Positions 1 through 12,836 of a DNA stretch of 64,000 nt are shown here, piece after piece. Below the pieces are notes generated by a model. That model was given only the letters and a program-made list of their open reading frames with translations, was not told where the DNA came from and searched no databases. Position 1 is the stretch's first letter, and each line of letters starts with the position of its first letter. The stretch comes from Naegleria gruberi (Eukaryota), in NCBI GenBank assembly GCA_000004985.1, contig GG738894.1. One strand, given 5' to 3'. The translations under genes and the position numbers were made by a program.

Positions 1-3000
1 NNNNNNNNNNNNNNNNNNNNNNNNNNNNNNNNNNNNNNNNNNNNNNNNNNNNNNNNNNNNNNNNNNNNNNNNNNNNNNNNNNNNNNNNNNNNNNNNNNNN
101 NNNNNNNNNNNNNNNNNNNNNNNNNNNNNNNNNNNNNNNNNNNNNNNNNNNNNNNNNNNNNNNNNNNNNNNNNNNNNNNNNNNNNNNNNNNNNNNNNNNN
201 NNNNNNNNNNNNNNNNNNNNNNNNNNNNNNNNNNNNNNNNNNNNNNNNNNNNNNNNNNNNNNNNNNNNNNNNNNNNNNNNNNNNNNNNNNNNNNNNNNNN
301 NNNNNNNNNNNNNNNNNNNNNNNNNNNNNNNNNNNNNNNNNNNNNNNNNNNNNNNNNNNNNNNNNNNNNNNNNNNNNNNNNNNNNNNNNNNNNNNNNNNN
401 NNNNNNNNNNNNNNNNNNNNNNNNNNNNNNNNNNNNNNNNNNNNNNNNNNNNNNNNNNNNNNNNNNNNNNNNNNNNNNNNNNNNNNNNNNNNNNNNNNNN
501 NNNNNNNNNNNNNNNNNNNNNNNNNNNNNNNNNNNNNNNNNNNNNNNNNNNNNNNNNNNNNNNNNNNNNNNNNNNNNNNNNNNNNNNNNNNNNNNNNNNN
601 NNNNNNNNNNNNNNNNNNNNNNNNNNNNNNNNNNNNNNNNNNNNNNNNNNNNNNNNNNNNNNNNNNNNNNNNNNNNNNNNNNNNNNNNNNNNNNNNNNNN
701 NNNNNNNNNNNNNNNNNNNNNNNNNNNNNNNNNNNNNNNNNNNNNNNNNNNNNNNNNNNNNNNNNNNNNNNNNNNNNNNNNNNNNNNNNNNNNNNNNNNN
801 NNNNNNNNNNNNNNNNNNNNNNNNNNNNNNNNNNNNNNNNNNNNNNNNNNNNNNNNNNNNNNNNNNNNNNNNNNNNNNNNNNNNNNNNNNNNNNNNNNNN
901 NNNNNNNNNNNNNNNNNNNNNNNNNNNNNNNNNNNNNNNNNNNNNNNNNNNNNNNNNNNNNNNNNNNNNNNNNNNNNNNNNNNNNNNNNNNNNNNNNNNN
1001 NNNNNNNNNNNNNNNNNNNNNNNNNNNNNNNNNNNNNNNNNNNNNNNNNNNNNNNNNNNNNNNNNNNNNNNNNNNNNNNNNNNNNNNNNNNNNNNNNNNN
1101 NNNNNNNNNNNNNNNNNNNNNNNNNNNNNNNNNNNNNNNNNNNNNNNNNNNNNNNNNNNNNNNNNNNNNNNNNNNNNNNNNNNNNNNNNNNNNNNNNNNN
1201 NNNNNNNNNNNNNNNNNNNNNNNNNNNNNNNNNNNNNNNNNNNNNNNNNNNNNNNNNNNNNNNNNNNNNNNNNNNNNNNNNNNNNNNNNNNNNNNNNNNN
1301 NNNNNNNNNNNNNNNNNNNNNNNNNNNNNNNNNNNNNNNNNNNNNNNNNNNNNNNNNNNNNNNNNNNNNNNNNNNNNNNNNNNNNNNNNNNNNNNNNNNN
1401 NNNNNNNNNNNNNNNNNNNNNNNNNNNNNNNNNNNNNNNNNNNNNNNNNNNNNNNNNNNNNNNNNNNNNNNNNNNNNNNNNNNNNNNNNNNNNNNNNNNN
1501 NNNNNNNNNNNNNNNNNNNNNNNNNNNNNNNNNNNNNNNNNNNNNNNNNNNNNNNNNNNNNNNNNNNNNNNNNNNNNNNNNNNNNNNNNNNNNNNNNNNN
1601 NNNNNNNNNNNNNNNNNNNNNNNNNNNNNNNNNNNNNNNNNNNNNNNNNNNNNNNNNNNNNNNNNNNNNNNNNNNNNNNNNNNNNNNNNNNNNNNNNNNN
1701 NNNNNNNNNNNNNNNNNNNNNNNNNNNNNNNNNNNNNNNNNNNNNNNNNNNNNNNNNNNNNNNNNNNNNNNNNNNNNNNNNNNNNNNNNNNNNNNNNNNN
1801 NNNNNNNNNNNNNNNNNNNNNNNNNNNNNNNNNNNNNNNNNNNNNNNNNNNNNNNNNNNNNNNNNNNNNNNNNNNNNNNNNNNNNNNNNNNNNNNNNNNN
1901 NNNNNNNNNNNNNNNNNNNNNNNNNNNNNNNNNNNNNNNNNNNNNNNNNNNNNNNNNNNNNNNNNNNNNNNNNNNNNNNNNNNNNNNNNNNNNNNNNNNN
2001 NNNNNNNNNNNNNNNNNNNNNNNNNNNNNNNNNNNNNNNNNNNNNNNNNNNNNNNNNNNNNNNNNNNNNNNNNNNNNNNNNNNNNNNNNNNNNNNNNNNN
2101 NNNNNNNNNNNNNNNNNNNNNNNNNNNNNNNNNNNNNNNNNNNNNNNNNNNNNNNNNNNNNNNNNNNNNNNNNNNNNNNNNNNNNNNNNNNNNNNNNNNN
2201 NNNNNNNNNNNNNNNNNNNNNNNNNNNNNNNNNNNNNNNNNNNNNNNNNNNNNNNNNNNNNNNNNNNNNNNNNNNNNNNNNNNNNNNNNNNNNNNNNNNN
2301 NNNNNNNNNNNNNNNNNNNNNNNNNNNNNNNNNNNNNNNNNNNNNNNNNNNNNNNNNNNNNNNNNNNNNNNNNNNNNNNNNNNNNNNNNNNNNNNNNNNN
2401 NNNNNNNNNNNNNNNNNNNNNNNNNNNNNNNNNNNNNNNNNNNNNNNNNNNNNNNNNNNNNNNNNNNNNNNNNNNNNNNNNNNNNNNNNNNNNNNNNNNN
2501 NNNNNNNNNNNNNNNNNNNNNNNNNNNNNNNNNNNNNNNNNNNNNNNNNNNNNNNNNNNNNNNNNNNNNNNNNNNNNNNNNNNNNNNNNNNNNNNNNNNN
2601 NNNNNNNNNNNNNNNNNNNNNNNNNNNNNNNNNNNNNNNNNNNNNNNNNNNNNNNNNNNNNNNNNNNNNNNNNNNNNNNNNNNNNNNNNNNNNNNNNNNN
2701 NNNNNNNNNNNNNNNNNNNNNNNNNNNNNNNNNNNNNNNNNNNNNNNNNNNNNNNNNNNNNNNNNNNNNNNNNNNNNNNNNNNNNNNNNNNNNNNNNNNN
2801 NNNNNNNNNNNNNNNNNNNNNNNNNNNNNNNNNNNNNNNNNNNNNNNNNNNNNNNNNNNNNNNNNNNNNNNNNNNNNNNNNNNNNNNNNNNNNNNNNNNN
2901 NNNNNNNNNNNNNNNNNNNNNNNNNNNNNNNNNNNNNNNNNNNNNNNNNNNNNNNNNNNNNNNNNNNNNNNNNNNNNNNNNNNNNNNNNNNNNNNNNNNN

Positions 3001-6000
3001 NNNNNNNNNNNNNNNNNNNNNNNNNNNNNNNNNNNNNNNNNNNNNNNNNNNNNNNNNNNNNNNNNNNNNNNNNNNNNNNNNNNNNNNNNNNNNNNNNNNN
3101 NNNNNNNNNNNNNNNNNNNNNNNNNNNNNNNNNNNNNNNNNNNNNNNNNNNNNNNNNNNNNNNNNNNNNNNNNNNNNNNNNNNNNNNNNNNNNNNNNNNN
3201 NNNNNNNNNNNNNNNNNNNNNNNNNNNNNNNNNNNNNNNNNNNNNNNNNNNNNNNNNNNNNNNNNNNNNNNNNNNNNNNNNNNNNNNNNNNNNNNNNNNN
3301 NNNNNNNNNNNNNNNNNNNNNNNNNNNNNNNNNNNNNNNNNNNNNNNNNNNNNNNNNNNNNNNNNNNNNNNNNNNNNNNNNNNNNNNNNNNNNNNNNNNN
3401 NNNNNNNNNNNNNNNNNNNNNNNNNNNNNNNNNNNNNNNNNNNNNNNNNNNNNNNNNNNNNNNNNNNNNNNNNNNNNNNNNNNNNNNNNNNNNNNNNNNN
3501 NNNNNNNNNNNNNNNNNNNNNNNNNNNNNNNNNNNNNNNNNNNNNNNNNNNNNNNNNNNNNNNNNNNNNNNNNNNNNNNNNNNNNNNNNNNNNNNNNNNN
3601 NNNNNNNNNNNNNNNNNNNNNNNNNNNNNNNNNNNNNNNNNNNNNNNNNNNNNNNNNNNNNNNNNNNNNNNNNNNNNNNNNNNNNNNNNNNNNNNNNNNN
3701 NNNNNNNNNNNNNNNNNNNNNNNNNNNNNNNNNNNNNNNNNNNNNNNNNNNNNNNNNNNNNNNNNNNNNNNNNNNNNNNNNNNNNNNNNNNNNNNNNNNN
3801 NNNNNNNNNNNNNNNNNNNNNNNNNNNNNNNNNNNNNNNNNNNNNNNNNNNNNNNNNNNNNNNNNNNNNNNNNNNNNNNNNNNNNNNNNNNNNNNNNNNN
3901 NNNNNNNNNNNNNNNNNNNNNNNNNNNNNNNNNNNNNNNNNNNNNNNNNNNNNNNNNNNNNNNNNNNNNNNNNNNNNNNNNNNNNNNNNNNNNNNNNNNN
4001 NNNNNNNNNNNNNNNNNNNNNNNNNNNNNNNNNNNNNNNNNNNNNNNNNNNNNNNNNNNNNNNNNNNNNNNNNNNNNNNNNNNNNNNNNNNNNNNNNNNN
4101 NNNNNNNNNNNNNNNNNNNNNNNNNNNNNNNNNNNNNNNNNNNNNNNNNNNNNNNNNNNNNNNNNNNNNNNNNNNNNNNNNNNNNNNNNNNNNNNNNNNN
4201 NNNNNNNNNNNNNNNNNNNNNNNNNNNNNNNNNNNNNNNNNNNNNNNNNNNNNNNNNNNNNNNNNNNNNNNNNNNNNNNNNNNNNNNNNNNNNNNNNNNN
4301 NNNNNNNNNNNNNNNNNNNNNNNNNNNNNNNNNNNNNNNNNNNNNNNNNNNNNNNNNNNNNNNNNNNNNNNNNNNNNNNNNNNNNNNNNNNNNNNNNNNN
4401 NNNNNNNNNNNNNNNNNNNNNNNNNNNNNNNNNNNNNNNNNNNNNNNNNNNNNNNNNNNNNNNNNNNNNNNNNNNNNNNNNNNNNNNNNNNNNNNNNNNN
4501 NNNNNNNNNNNNNNNNNNNNNNNNNNNNNNNNNNNNNNNNNNNNNNNNNNNNNNNNNNNNNNNNNNNNNNNNNNNNNNNNNNNNNNNNNNNNNNNNNNNN
4601 NNNNNNNNNNNNNNNNNNNNNNNNNNNNNNNNNNNNNNNNNNNNNNNNNNNNNNNNNNNNNNNNNNNNNNNNNNNNNNNNNNNNNNNNNNNNNNNNNNNN
4701 NNNNNNNNNNNNNNNNNNNNNNNNNNNNNNNNNNNNNNNNNNNNNNNNNNNNNNNNNNNNNNNNNNNNNNNNNNNNNNNNNNNNNNNNNNNNNNNNNNNN
4801 NNNNNNNNNNNNNNNNNNNNNNNNNNNNNNNNNNNNNNNNNNNNNNNNNNNNNNNNNNNNNNNNNNNNNNNNNNNNNNNNNNNNNNNNNNNNNNNNNNNN
4901 NNNNNNNNNNNNNNNNNNNNNNNNNNNNNNNNNNNNNNNNNNNNNNNNNNNNNNNNNNNNNNNNNNNNNNNNNNNNNNNNNNNNNNNNNNNNNNNNNNNN
5001 NNNNNNNNNNNNNNNNNNNNNNNNNNNNNNNNNNNNNNNNNNNNNNNNNNNNNNNNNNNNNNNNNNNNNNNNNNNNNNNNNNNNNNNNNNNNNNNNNNNN
5101 NNNNNNNNNNNNNNNNNNNNNNNNNNNNNNNNNNNNNNNNNNNNNNNNNNNNNNNNNNNNNNNNNNNNNNNNNNNNNNNNNNNNNNNNNNNNNNNNNNNN
5201 NNNNNNNNNNNNNNNNNNNNNNNNNNNNNNNNNNNNNNNNNNNNNNNNNNNNNNNNNNNNNNNNNNNNNNNNNNNNNNNNNNNNNNNNNNNNNNNNNNNN
5301 NNNNNNNNNNNNNNNNNNNNNNNNNNNNNNNNNNNNNNNNNNNNNNNNNNNNNNNNNNNNNNNNNNNNNNNNNNNNNNNNNNNNNNNNNNNNNNNNNNNN
5401 NNNNNNNNNNNNNNNNNNNNNNNNNNNNNNNNNNNNNNNNNNNNNNNNNNNNNNNNNNNNNNNNNNNNNNNNNNNNNNNNNNNNNNNNNNNNNNNNNNNN
5501 NNNNNNNNNNNNNNNNNNNNNNNNNNNNNNNNNNNNNNNNNNNNNNNNNNNNNNNNNNNNNNNNNNNNNNNNNNNNNNNNNNNNNNNNNNNNNNNNNNNN
5601 NNNNNNNNNNNNNNNNNNNNNNNNNNNNNNNNNNNNNNNNNNNNNNNNNNNNNNNNNNNNNNNNNNNNNNNNNNNNNNNNNNNNNNNNNNNNNNNNNNNN
5701 NNNNNNNNNNNNNNNNNNNNNNNNNNNNNNNNNNNNNNNNNNNNNNNNNNNNNNNNNNNNNNNNNNNNNNNNNNNNNNNNNNNNNNNNNNNNNNNNNNNN
5801 NNNNNNNNNNNNNNNNNNNNNNNNNNNNNNNNNNNNNNNNNNNNNNNNNNNNNNNNNNNNNNNNNNNNNNNNNNNNNNNNNNNNNNNNNNNNNNNNNNNN
5901 NNNNNNNNNNNNNNNNNNNNNNNNNNNNNNNNNNNNNNNNNNNNNNNNNNNNNNNNNNNNNNNNNNNNNNNNNNNNNNNNNNNNNNNNNNNNNNNNNNNN

Positions 6001-9000
6001 NNNNNNNNNNNNNNNNNNNNNNNNNNNNNNNNNNNNNNNNNNNNNNNNNNNNNNNNNNNNNNNNNNNNNNNNNNNNNNNNNNNNNNNNNNNNNNNNNNNN
6101 NNNNNNNNNNNNNNNNNNNNNNNNNNNNNNNNNNNNNNNNNNNNNNNNNNNNNNNNNNNNNNNNNNNNNNNNNNNNNNNNNNNNNNNNNNNNNNNNNNNN
6201 NNNNNNNNNNNNNNNNNNNNNNNNNNNNNNNNNNNNNNNNNNNNNNNNNNNNNNNNNNNNNNNNNNNNNNNNNNNNNNNNNNNNNNNNNNNNNNNNNNNN
6301 NNNNNNNNNNNNNNNNNNNNNNNNNNNNNNNNNNNNNNNNNNNNNNNNNNNNNNNNNNNNNNNNNNNNNNNNNNNNNNNNNNNNNNNNNNNNNNNNNNNN
6401 NNNNNNNNNNNNNNNNNNNNNNNNNNNNNNNNNNNNNNNNNNNNNNNNNNNNNNNNNNNNNNNNNNNNNNNNNNNNNNNNNNNNNNNNNNNNNNNNNNNN
6501 NNNNNNNNNNNNNNNNNNNNNNNNNNNNNNNNNNNNNNNNNNNNNNNNNNNNNNNNNNNNNNNNNNNNNNNNNNNNNNNNNNNNNNNNNNNNNNNNNNNN
6601 NNNNNNNNNNNNNNNNNNNNNNNNNNNNNNNNNNNNNNNNNNNNNNNNNNNNNNNNNNNNNNNNNNNNNNNNNNNNNNNNNNNNNNNNNNNNNNNNNNNN
6701 NNNNNNNNNNNNNNNNNNNNNNNNNNNNNNNNNNNNNNNNNNNNNNNNNNNNNNNNNNNNNNNNNNNNNNNNNNNNNNNNNNNNNNNNNNNNNNNNNNNN
6801 NNNNNNNNNNNNNNNNNNNNNNNNNNNNNNNNNNNNNNNNNNNNNNNNNNNNNNNNNNNNNNNNNNNNNNNNNNNNNNNNNNNNNNNNNNNNNNNNNNNN
6901 NNNNNNNNNNNNNNNNNNNNNNNNNNNNNNNNNNNNNNNNNNNNNNNNNNNNNNNNNNNNNNNNNNNNNNNNNNNNNNNNNNNNNNNNNNNNNNNNNNNN
7001 NNNNNNNNNNNNNNNNNNNNNNNNNNNNNNNNNNNNNNNNNNNNNNNNNNNNNNNNNNNNNNNNNNNNNNNNNNNNNNNNNNNNNNNNNNNNNNNNNNNN
7101 NNNNNNNNNNNNNNNNNNNNNNNNNNNNNNNNNNNNNNNNNNNNNNNNNNNNNNNNNNNNNNNNNNNNNNNNNNNNNNNNNNNNNNNNNNNNNNNNNNNN
7201 NNNNNNNNNNNNNNNNNNNNNNNNNNNNNNNNNNNNNNNNNNNNNNNNNNNNNNNNNNNNNNNNNNNNNNNNNNNNNNNNNNNNNNNNNNNNNNNNNNNN
7301 NNNNNNNNNNNNNNNNNNNNNNNNNNNNNNNNNNNNNNNNNNNNNNNNNNNNNNNNNNNNNNNNNNNNNNNNNNNNNNNNNNNNNNNNNNNNNNNNNNNN
7401 NNNNNNNNNNNNNNNNNNNNNNNNNNNNNNNNNNNNNNNNNNNNNNNNNNNNNNNNNNNNNNNNNNNNNNNNNNNNNNNNNNNNNNNNNNNNNNNNNNNN
7501 NNNNNNNNNNNNNNNNNNNNNNNNNNNNNNNNNNNNNNNNNNNNNNNNNNNNNNNNNNNNNNNNNNNNNNNNNNNNNNNNNNNNNNNNNNNNNNNNNNNN
7601 NNNNNNNNNNNNNNNNNNNNNNNNNNNNNNNNNNNNNNNNNNNNNNNNNNNNNNNNNNNNNNNNNNNNNNNNNNNNNNNNNNNNNNNNNNNNNNNNNNNN
7701 NNNNNNNNNNNNNNNNNNNNNNNNNNNNNNNNNNNNNNNNNNNNNNNNNNNNNNNNNNNNNNNNNNNNNNNNNNNNNNNNNNNNNNNNNNNNNNNNNNNN
7801 NNNNNNNNNNNNNNNNNNNNNNNNNNNNNNNNNNNNNNNNNNNNNNNNNNNNNNNNNNNNNNNNNNNNNNNNNNNNNNNNNNNNNNNNNNNNNNNNNNNN
7901 NNNNNNNNNNNNNNNNNNNNNNNNNNNNNNNNNNNNNNNNNNNNNNNNNNNNNNNNNNNNNNNNNNNNNNNNNNNNNNNNNNNNNNNNNNNNNNNNNNNN
8001 NNNNNNNNNNNNNNNNNNNNNNNNNNNNNNNNNNNNNNNNNNNNNNNNNNNNNNNNNNNNNNNNNNNNNNNNNNNNNNNNNNNNNNNNNNNNNNNNNNNN
8101 NNNNNNNNNNNNNNNNNNNNNNNNNNNNNNNNNNNNNNNNNNNNNNNNNNNNNNNNNNNNNNNNNNNNNNNNNNNNNNNNNNNNNNNNNNNNNNNNNNNN
8201 NNNNNNNNNNNNNNNNNNNNNNNNNNNNNNNNNNNNNNNNNNNNNNNNNNNNNNNNNNNNNNNNNNNNNNNNNNNNNNNNNNNNNNNNNNNNNNNNNNNN
8301 NNNNNNNNNNNNNNNNNNNNNNNNNNNNNNNNNNNNNNNNNNNNNNNNNNNNNNNNNNNNNNNNNNNNNNNNNNNNNNNNNNNNNNNNNNNNNNNNNNNN
8401 NNNNNNNNNNNNNNNNNNNNNNNNNNNNNNNNNNNNNNNNNNNNNNNNNNNNNNNNNNNNNNNNNNNNNNNNNNNNNNNNNNNNNNNNNNNNNNNNNNNN
8501 NNNNNNNNNNNNNNNNNNNNNNNNNNNNNNNNNNNNNNNNNNNNNNNNNNNNNNNNNNNNNNNNNNNNNNNNNNNNNNNNNNNNNNNNNNNNNNNNNNNN
8601 NNNNNNNNNNNNNNNNNNNNNNNNNNNNNNNNNNNNNNNNNNNNNNNNNNNNNNNNNNNNNNNNNNNNNNNNNNNNNNNNNNNNNNNNNNNNNNNNNNNN
8701 NNNNNNNNNNNNNNNNNNNNNNNNNNNNNNNNNNNNNNNNNNNNNNNNNNNNNNNNNNNNNNNNNNNNNNNNNNNNNNNNNNNNNNNNNNNNNNNNNNNN
8801 NNNNNNNNNNNNNNNNNNNNNNNNNNNNNNNNNNNNNNNNNNNNNNNNNNNNNNNNNNNNNNNNNNNNNNNNNNNNNNNNNNNNNNNNNNNNNNNNNNNN
8901 NNNNNNNNNNNNNNNNNNNNNNNNNNNNNNNNNNNNNNNNNNNNNNNNNNNNNNNNNNNNNNNNNNNNNNNNNNNNNNNNNNNNNNNNNNNNNNNNNNNN

Positions 9001-9860
9001 NNNNNNNNNNNNNNNNNNNNNNNNNNNNNNNNNNNNNNNNNNNNNNNNNNNNNNNNNNNNNNNNNNNNNNNNNNNNNNNNNNNNNNNNNNNNNNNNNNNN
9101 NNNNNNNNNNNNNNNNNNNNNNNNNNNNNNNNNNNNNNNNNNNNNNNNNNNNNNNNNNNNNNNNNNNNNNNNNNNNNNNNNNNNNNNNNNNNNNNNNNNN
9201 NNNNNNNNNNNNNNNNNNNNNNNNNNNNNNNNNNNNNNNNNNNNNNNNNNNNNNNNNNNNNNNNNNNNNNNNNNNNNNNNNNNNNNNNNNNNNNNNNNNN
9301 NNNNNNNNNNNNNNNNNNNNNNNNNNNNNNNNNNNNNNNNNNNNNNNNNNNNNNNNNNNNNNNNNNNNNNNNNNNNNNNNNNNNNNNNNNNNNNNNNNNN
9401 NNNNNNNNNNNNNNNNNNNNNNNNNNNNNNNNNNNNNNNNNNNNNNNNNNNNNNNNNNNNNNNNNNNNNNNNNNNNNNNNNNNNNNNNNNNNNNNNNNNN
9501 NNNNNNNNNNNNNNNNNNNNNNNNNNNNNNNNNNNNNNNNNNNNNNNNNNNNNNNNNNNNNNNNNNNNNNNNNNNNNNNNNNNNNNNNNNNNNNNNNNNN
9601 NNNNNNNNNNNNNNNNNNNNNNNNNNNNNNNNNNNNNNNNNNNNNNNNNNNNNNNNNNNNNNNNNNNNNNNNNNNNNNNNNNNNNNNNNNNNNNNNNNNN
9701 NNNNNNNNNNNNNNNNNNNNNNNNNNNNNNNNNNNNNNNNNNNNNNNNNNNNNNNNNNNNNNNNNNNNNNNNNNNNNNNNNNNNNNNNNNNNNNNNNNNN
9801 NNNNNNNNNNNNNNNNNNNNNNNNNNNNNNNNNNNNNNNNNNNNNNNNNNNNNNNNNNNN
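1..9860. other. Assembly gap (run of N)
   Basis: Uninterrupted n characters from 1 to 9860; real sequence starts at 9861. Confidence 0.99.
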
Positions 9861-11305
9861 TCCTTGACCACTCGAATATTAATACTCAATCTTTTTCTAT
9901 TTCTGATTTTGGTTTTCCTAATTTTGTTCTTTTTGGTTCGAATTGGCACTTTGTCAGACCAATACTCCTCTGTGTCATAGCCAGAGAGACTGGATTCTTC
10001 TTCGGTGGCTTCTTCTAGCTCAGTAAAAATTGTTTCGTTTTGGGATTCGGATTCGGGTATGGTAGTTACATCTTCATTTAGTTGTTTTTCTCTATCGTAC
10101 TGTCCTTTGTCATTTGTTTTTTCTAATTCCAAATCAACCTCAGTTCCCTCTTCATCTGAATCAAACTCATCGTCATCACTCAGTGAGCTATATTCATCAT
10201 CACTCGAAAAGTCTTCTTCACTTTCCGCTCCAGAATAAACCATTTGAGGTTCTGTCTTGTCCAAGTATTGTTGAGATGACAATGAAAATTGTTCTAACTC
10301 TTCTGTCAATTTGCTGTCCCATTTTAACCTTTTCCTTAATTTCTTAGCTACTGGAAGTTTATAAACTATATCACAAAAGTAGTTTTCAAAGTATGAGGAT
10401 GTTAGTTCAATGAGATGGGAGAAATTTTTTACTCCAATATTGTACAACATTAACTCAACTCCTGCCAATATTCTGCCAAGCCTTTTTCTTGTTCTGTCAT
10501 TGTAGCATGAATCATTTGTTCTGACATCAAGTACTTCACTACTATTTGCACTCTGCCTCGAGGTTGTAATAAATTTACTGTTGGGGAAGTTTGACATGTA
10601 CGATTGAGCTGCCAGTAATGTGTATGCTGGATCTACAGTTAACGAAAGTTGTTTCATGTTCATGACAGAATAAACATTTCCATTATTCTTAATAAAGGTT
10701 GAAGGGTGGTCTTTTTCTACAAATTGTGAGAAGTCCATTTCTCCATATTCCAAAGAATAATCAATATTCTCCAAGGCCTTCTTTGGTGCCTTTTTTTTTG
10801 GTGAACCTAATTCAGAAGAAGCAGCTCGTTTATTAGATTCCTGAGGTGTTGGTTCAGAATTTTCTAAAAAAGAAGATGGTAAAAAAGACGACTGGGTGCT
10901 TAATACATCAACATTTGAATCTTGAGTCAAATTGAGTCTTTGGGTATTTGAAATTGGAGATGTGTTATTGAAAGGAGTTGTCACATGTTGAATGTTGACT
11001 CGTTGTTGGAAGTTTGATGTTGGAGTTGTTGTTGTTTCATGTTGACCAATGTTAACTCGTTGTTGAAAGTATCTTACATGATTTGAGGTAGGAATAATGT
11101 GTTGAAGGATAGGTGTTGGACTCGGAGACACCACATAGTTTGGAGAGGTTATGTGGATTGGTATTTGAGATGTGGGTGTTGTGTTGAAGGCTCTGATATT
11201 GGGGCATGTTGCTGGTTGACAACGGAATGGGCTGTAGAGTAAGGGTGATCTGTATGATTGACGTTGGTTGATGATTACCTGATGGTTGACTTGTTGATTC
11301 ATTTT
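9861..11305 (-). CDS. Hypothetical S/T/N/Q-rich protein, 3' end truncated by the gap
   Basis: Reverse-complement reading from ATG (plus 11303-11305; MNQQVNHQVIINQRQSY...) stays open for >480 codons to the gap edge. It is absent from the ORF track only because it has no stop. N-terminal low-complexity region with an internal repeat FQQRVNI(G)QH..TT, a basic patch SPKKKAPKK, then an acidic DDEYSSLSDDDEFDSDEE tail. No recognisable domain. Confidence 0.45.
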
Positions 11306-11395
11306 TTTGAATTTAAATTGAAACGGCTATATCTATTGAACAACAATTTCCATGTCTTTCTCGCAATTTGAATGATGACTAGACTTGATTGGATC

Positions 11396-12172
11396 TTACA
11401 CTGATGGTAGGGAGATGTAGTTAATTTTCATCCTATGTAACAAAACTTTTTGGCCAAATTTGCACGTGTTGTTGATAAGCTTAACCTGAAAGTTGCCCCA
11501 ATCATCATACTTATCCAAACATGGAAGACAATTCTTGAATCGAAATTGGATACATTCTTCCTTAACTTTAATACCATGCTTCTTAACAACTTGGAACCAT
11601 TGATTGAATACACCATTTGTTTCCTTCAATATCAAGTAAAAGACTGTTGGTAGACATGAACCAAGAGTAAGATGGTGGACTCTACTAGTGTTTCTCATTT
11701 CCAAATGATCATTAATGATAGAACGGGCACACTTGGCAAACATATCCCAAACCACTCTATAAACCTGTTTTACCTCACTTGAAATATCTGTCCAACATTG
11801 ATACTTTGGTGCATATGAATAAACTCCCTTTTCCAAAATAAAATCACACTCCTCATAATCACGTTCATCATCCTCATCCAAAATAACTTTCCTCTTCTTT
11901 GCCTTTGATTTAGATCTTTTTCCACTTGAACTTTGTTTGGTTTGTTCAGATGTTTGAAAGTCGGATGATGTTGAAAGATGAAAAACAAGTGATGGAGAAT
12001 TAGATGACGGAGAAGATGAAGAATTACTACTAATATTGATGCTAGTAAAAGATGGAGCATCAAACATGTCTAAAGTTCCTTCACAGAGTACAGTTTCATG
12101 GTTGTTCATTGTTAGTGTTGTTGATGTATTATGATATTTGTTTTGAGTTGAATTTGGTATGAACAAACGCAT
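11396..12172 (-). CDS. Hypothetical protein (Ser-rich N-terminus, KRSKSKAKKRK basic patch, Cys/Trp-containing C-terminal region)
   Basis: 258-aa ORF in the track. Same strand as, and directly upstream of, the previous gene. Composition is coding-like, with an NLS-like basic patch. No family recognised. Confidence 0.4.
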   Translation of the reverse strand: MRLFIPNSTQNKYHNTSTTLTMNNHETVLCEGTLDMFDAPSFTSINISSNSSSSPSSNSPSLVFHLSTSSDFQTSEQTKQSSSGKRSKSKAKKRKVILDEDDERDYEECDFILEKGVYSYAPKYQCWTDISSEVKQVYRVVWDMFAKCARSIINDHLEMRNTSRVHHLTLGSCLPTVFYLILKETNGVFNQWFQVVKKHGIKVKEECIQFRFKNCLPCLDKYDDWGNFQVKLINNTCKFGQKVLLHRMKINYISLPSV

Positions 12173-12836
12173 TGTTGTATTTATTCATTTTTTTCAAAAT
12201 GGTTCAAGTTGGTTGTACGGCAACCATTACAGCAACTTGTCGTTTAATAAGAAAAGAGGCTGAAAAATATTGCAGTGAAATATTTTCTCCTCAATGTATT
12301 TATTTATTCTGTATTTCTTCTTTTTACTCCTCAAAAACTGTAATACAATTGATGGTTACTTTAACACATGCTCATTCACTACAGAAACACTCAAAAAAAA
12401 AACTAATTCTTTAATAAGGCTTTTAAAAAGCTTTAGAGATGGCACCTCATTCCCGGCACGCATGGTAATCATGGCCTGTATTCAATCGGTGTTGAATTCA
12501 GTTGTGGAAATCAGAGGATTCCACTGCCAAGCAAGTACTTTTCTGGCATCTCTATGAGGTGCTGATCTGGGCAGCTTTTCTTTTTTCTTATGCTGTATGC
12601 TCCTTTGTCAAGAAGCACAATAGATTTGATAGTGATGACTTGATAAATAGGTGAAGAAGGGAAATTTTCATAAACCGTTATGGTTTGAAAAAACTGACTT
12701 CCACTGTTTACTGGAACAAAATCTACAGAATACAGAATACGGATTCTGTCATTTTGCAAAACATTTTCTGATTAGGGCCAAACTTAATCCTCTAACATGT
12801 TCAACATACTTCTAATTACTGTAAATCACTTGGGTA

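Noticed and set aside
10005-10347. Two 77-aa plus-strand ORFs
   Set aside because: They are antisense to the long minus-strand open frame 9861..11305, and their translations are Ser/Leu-rich.
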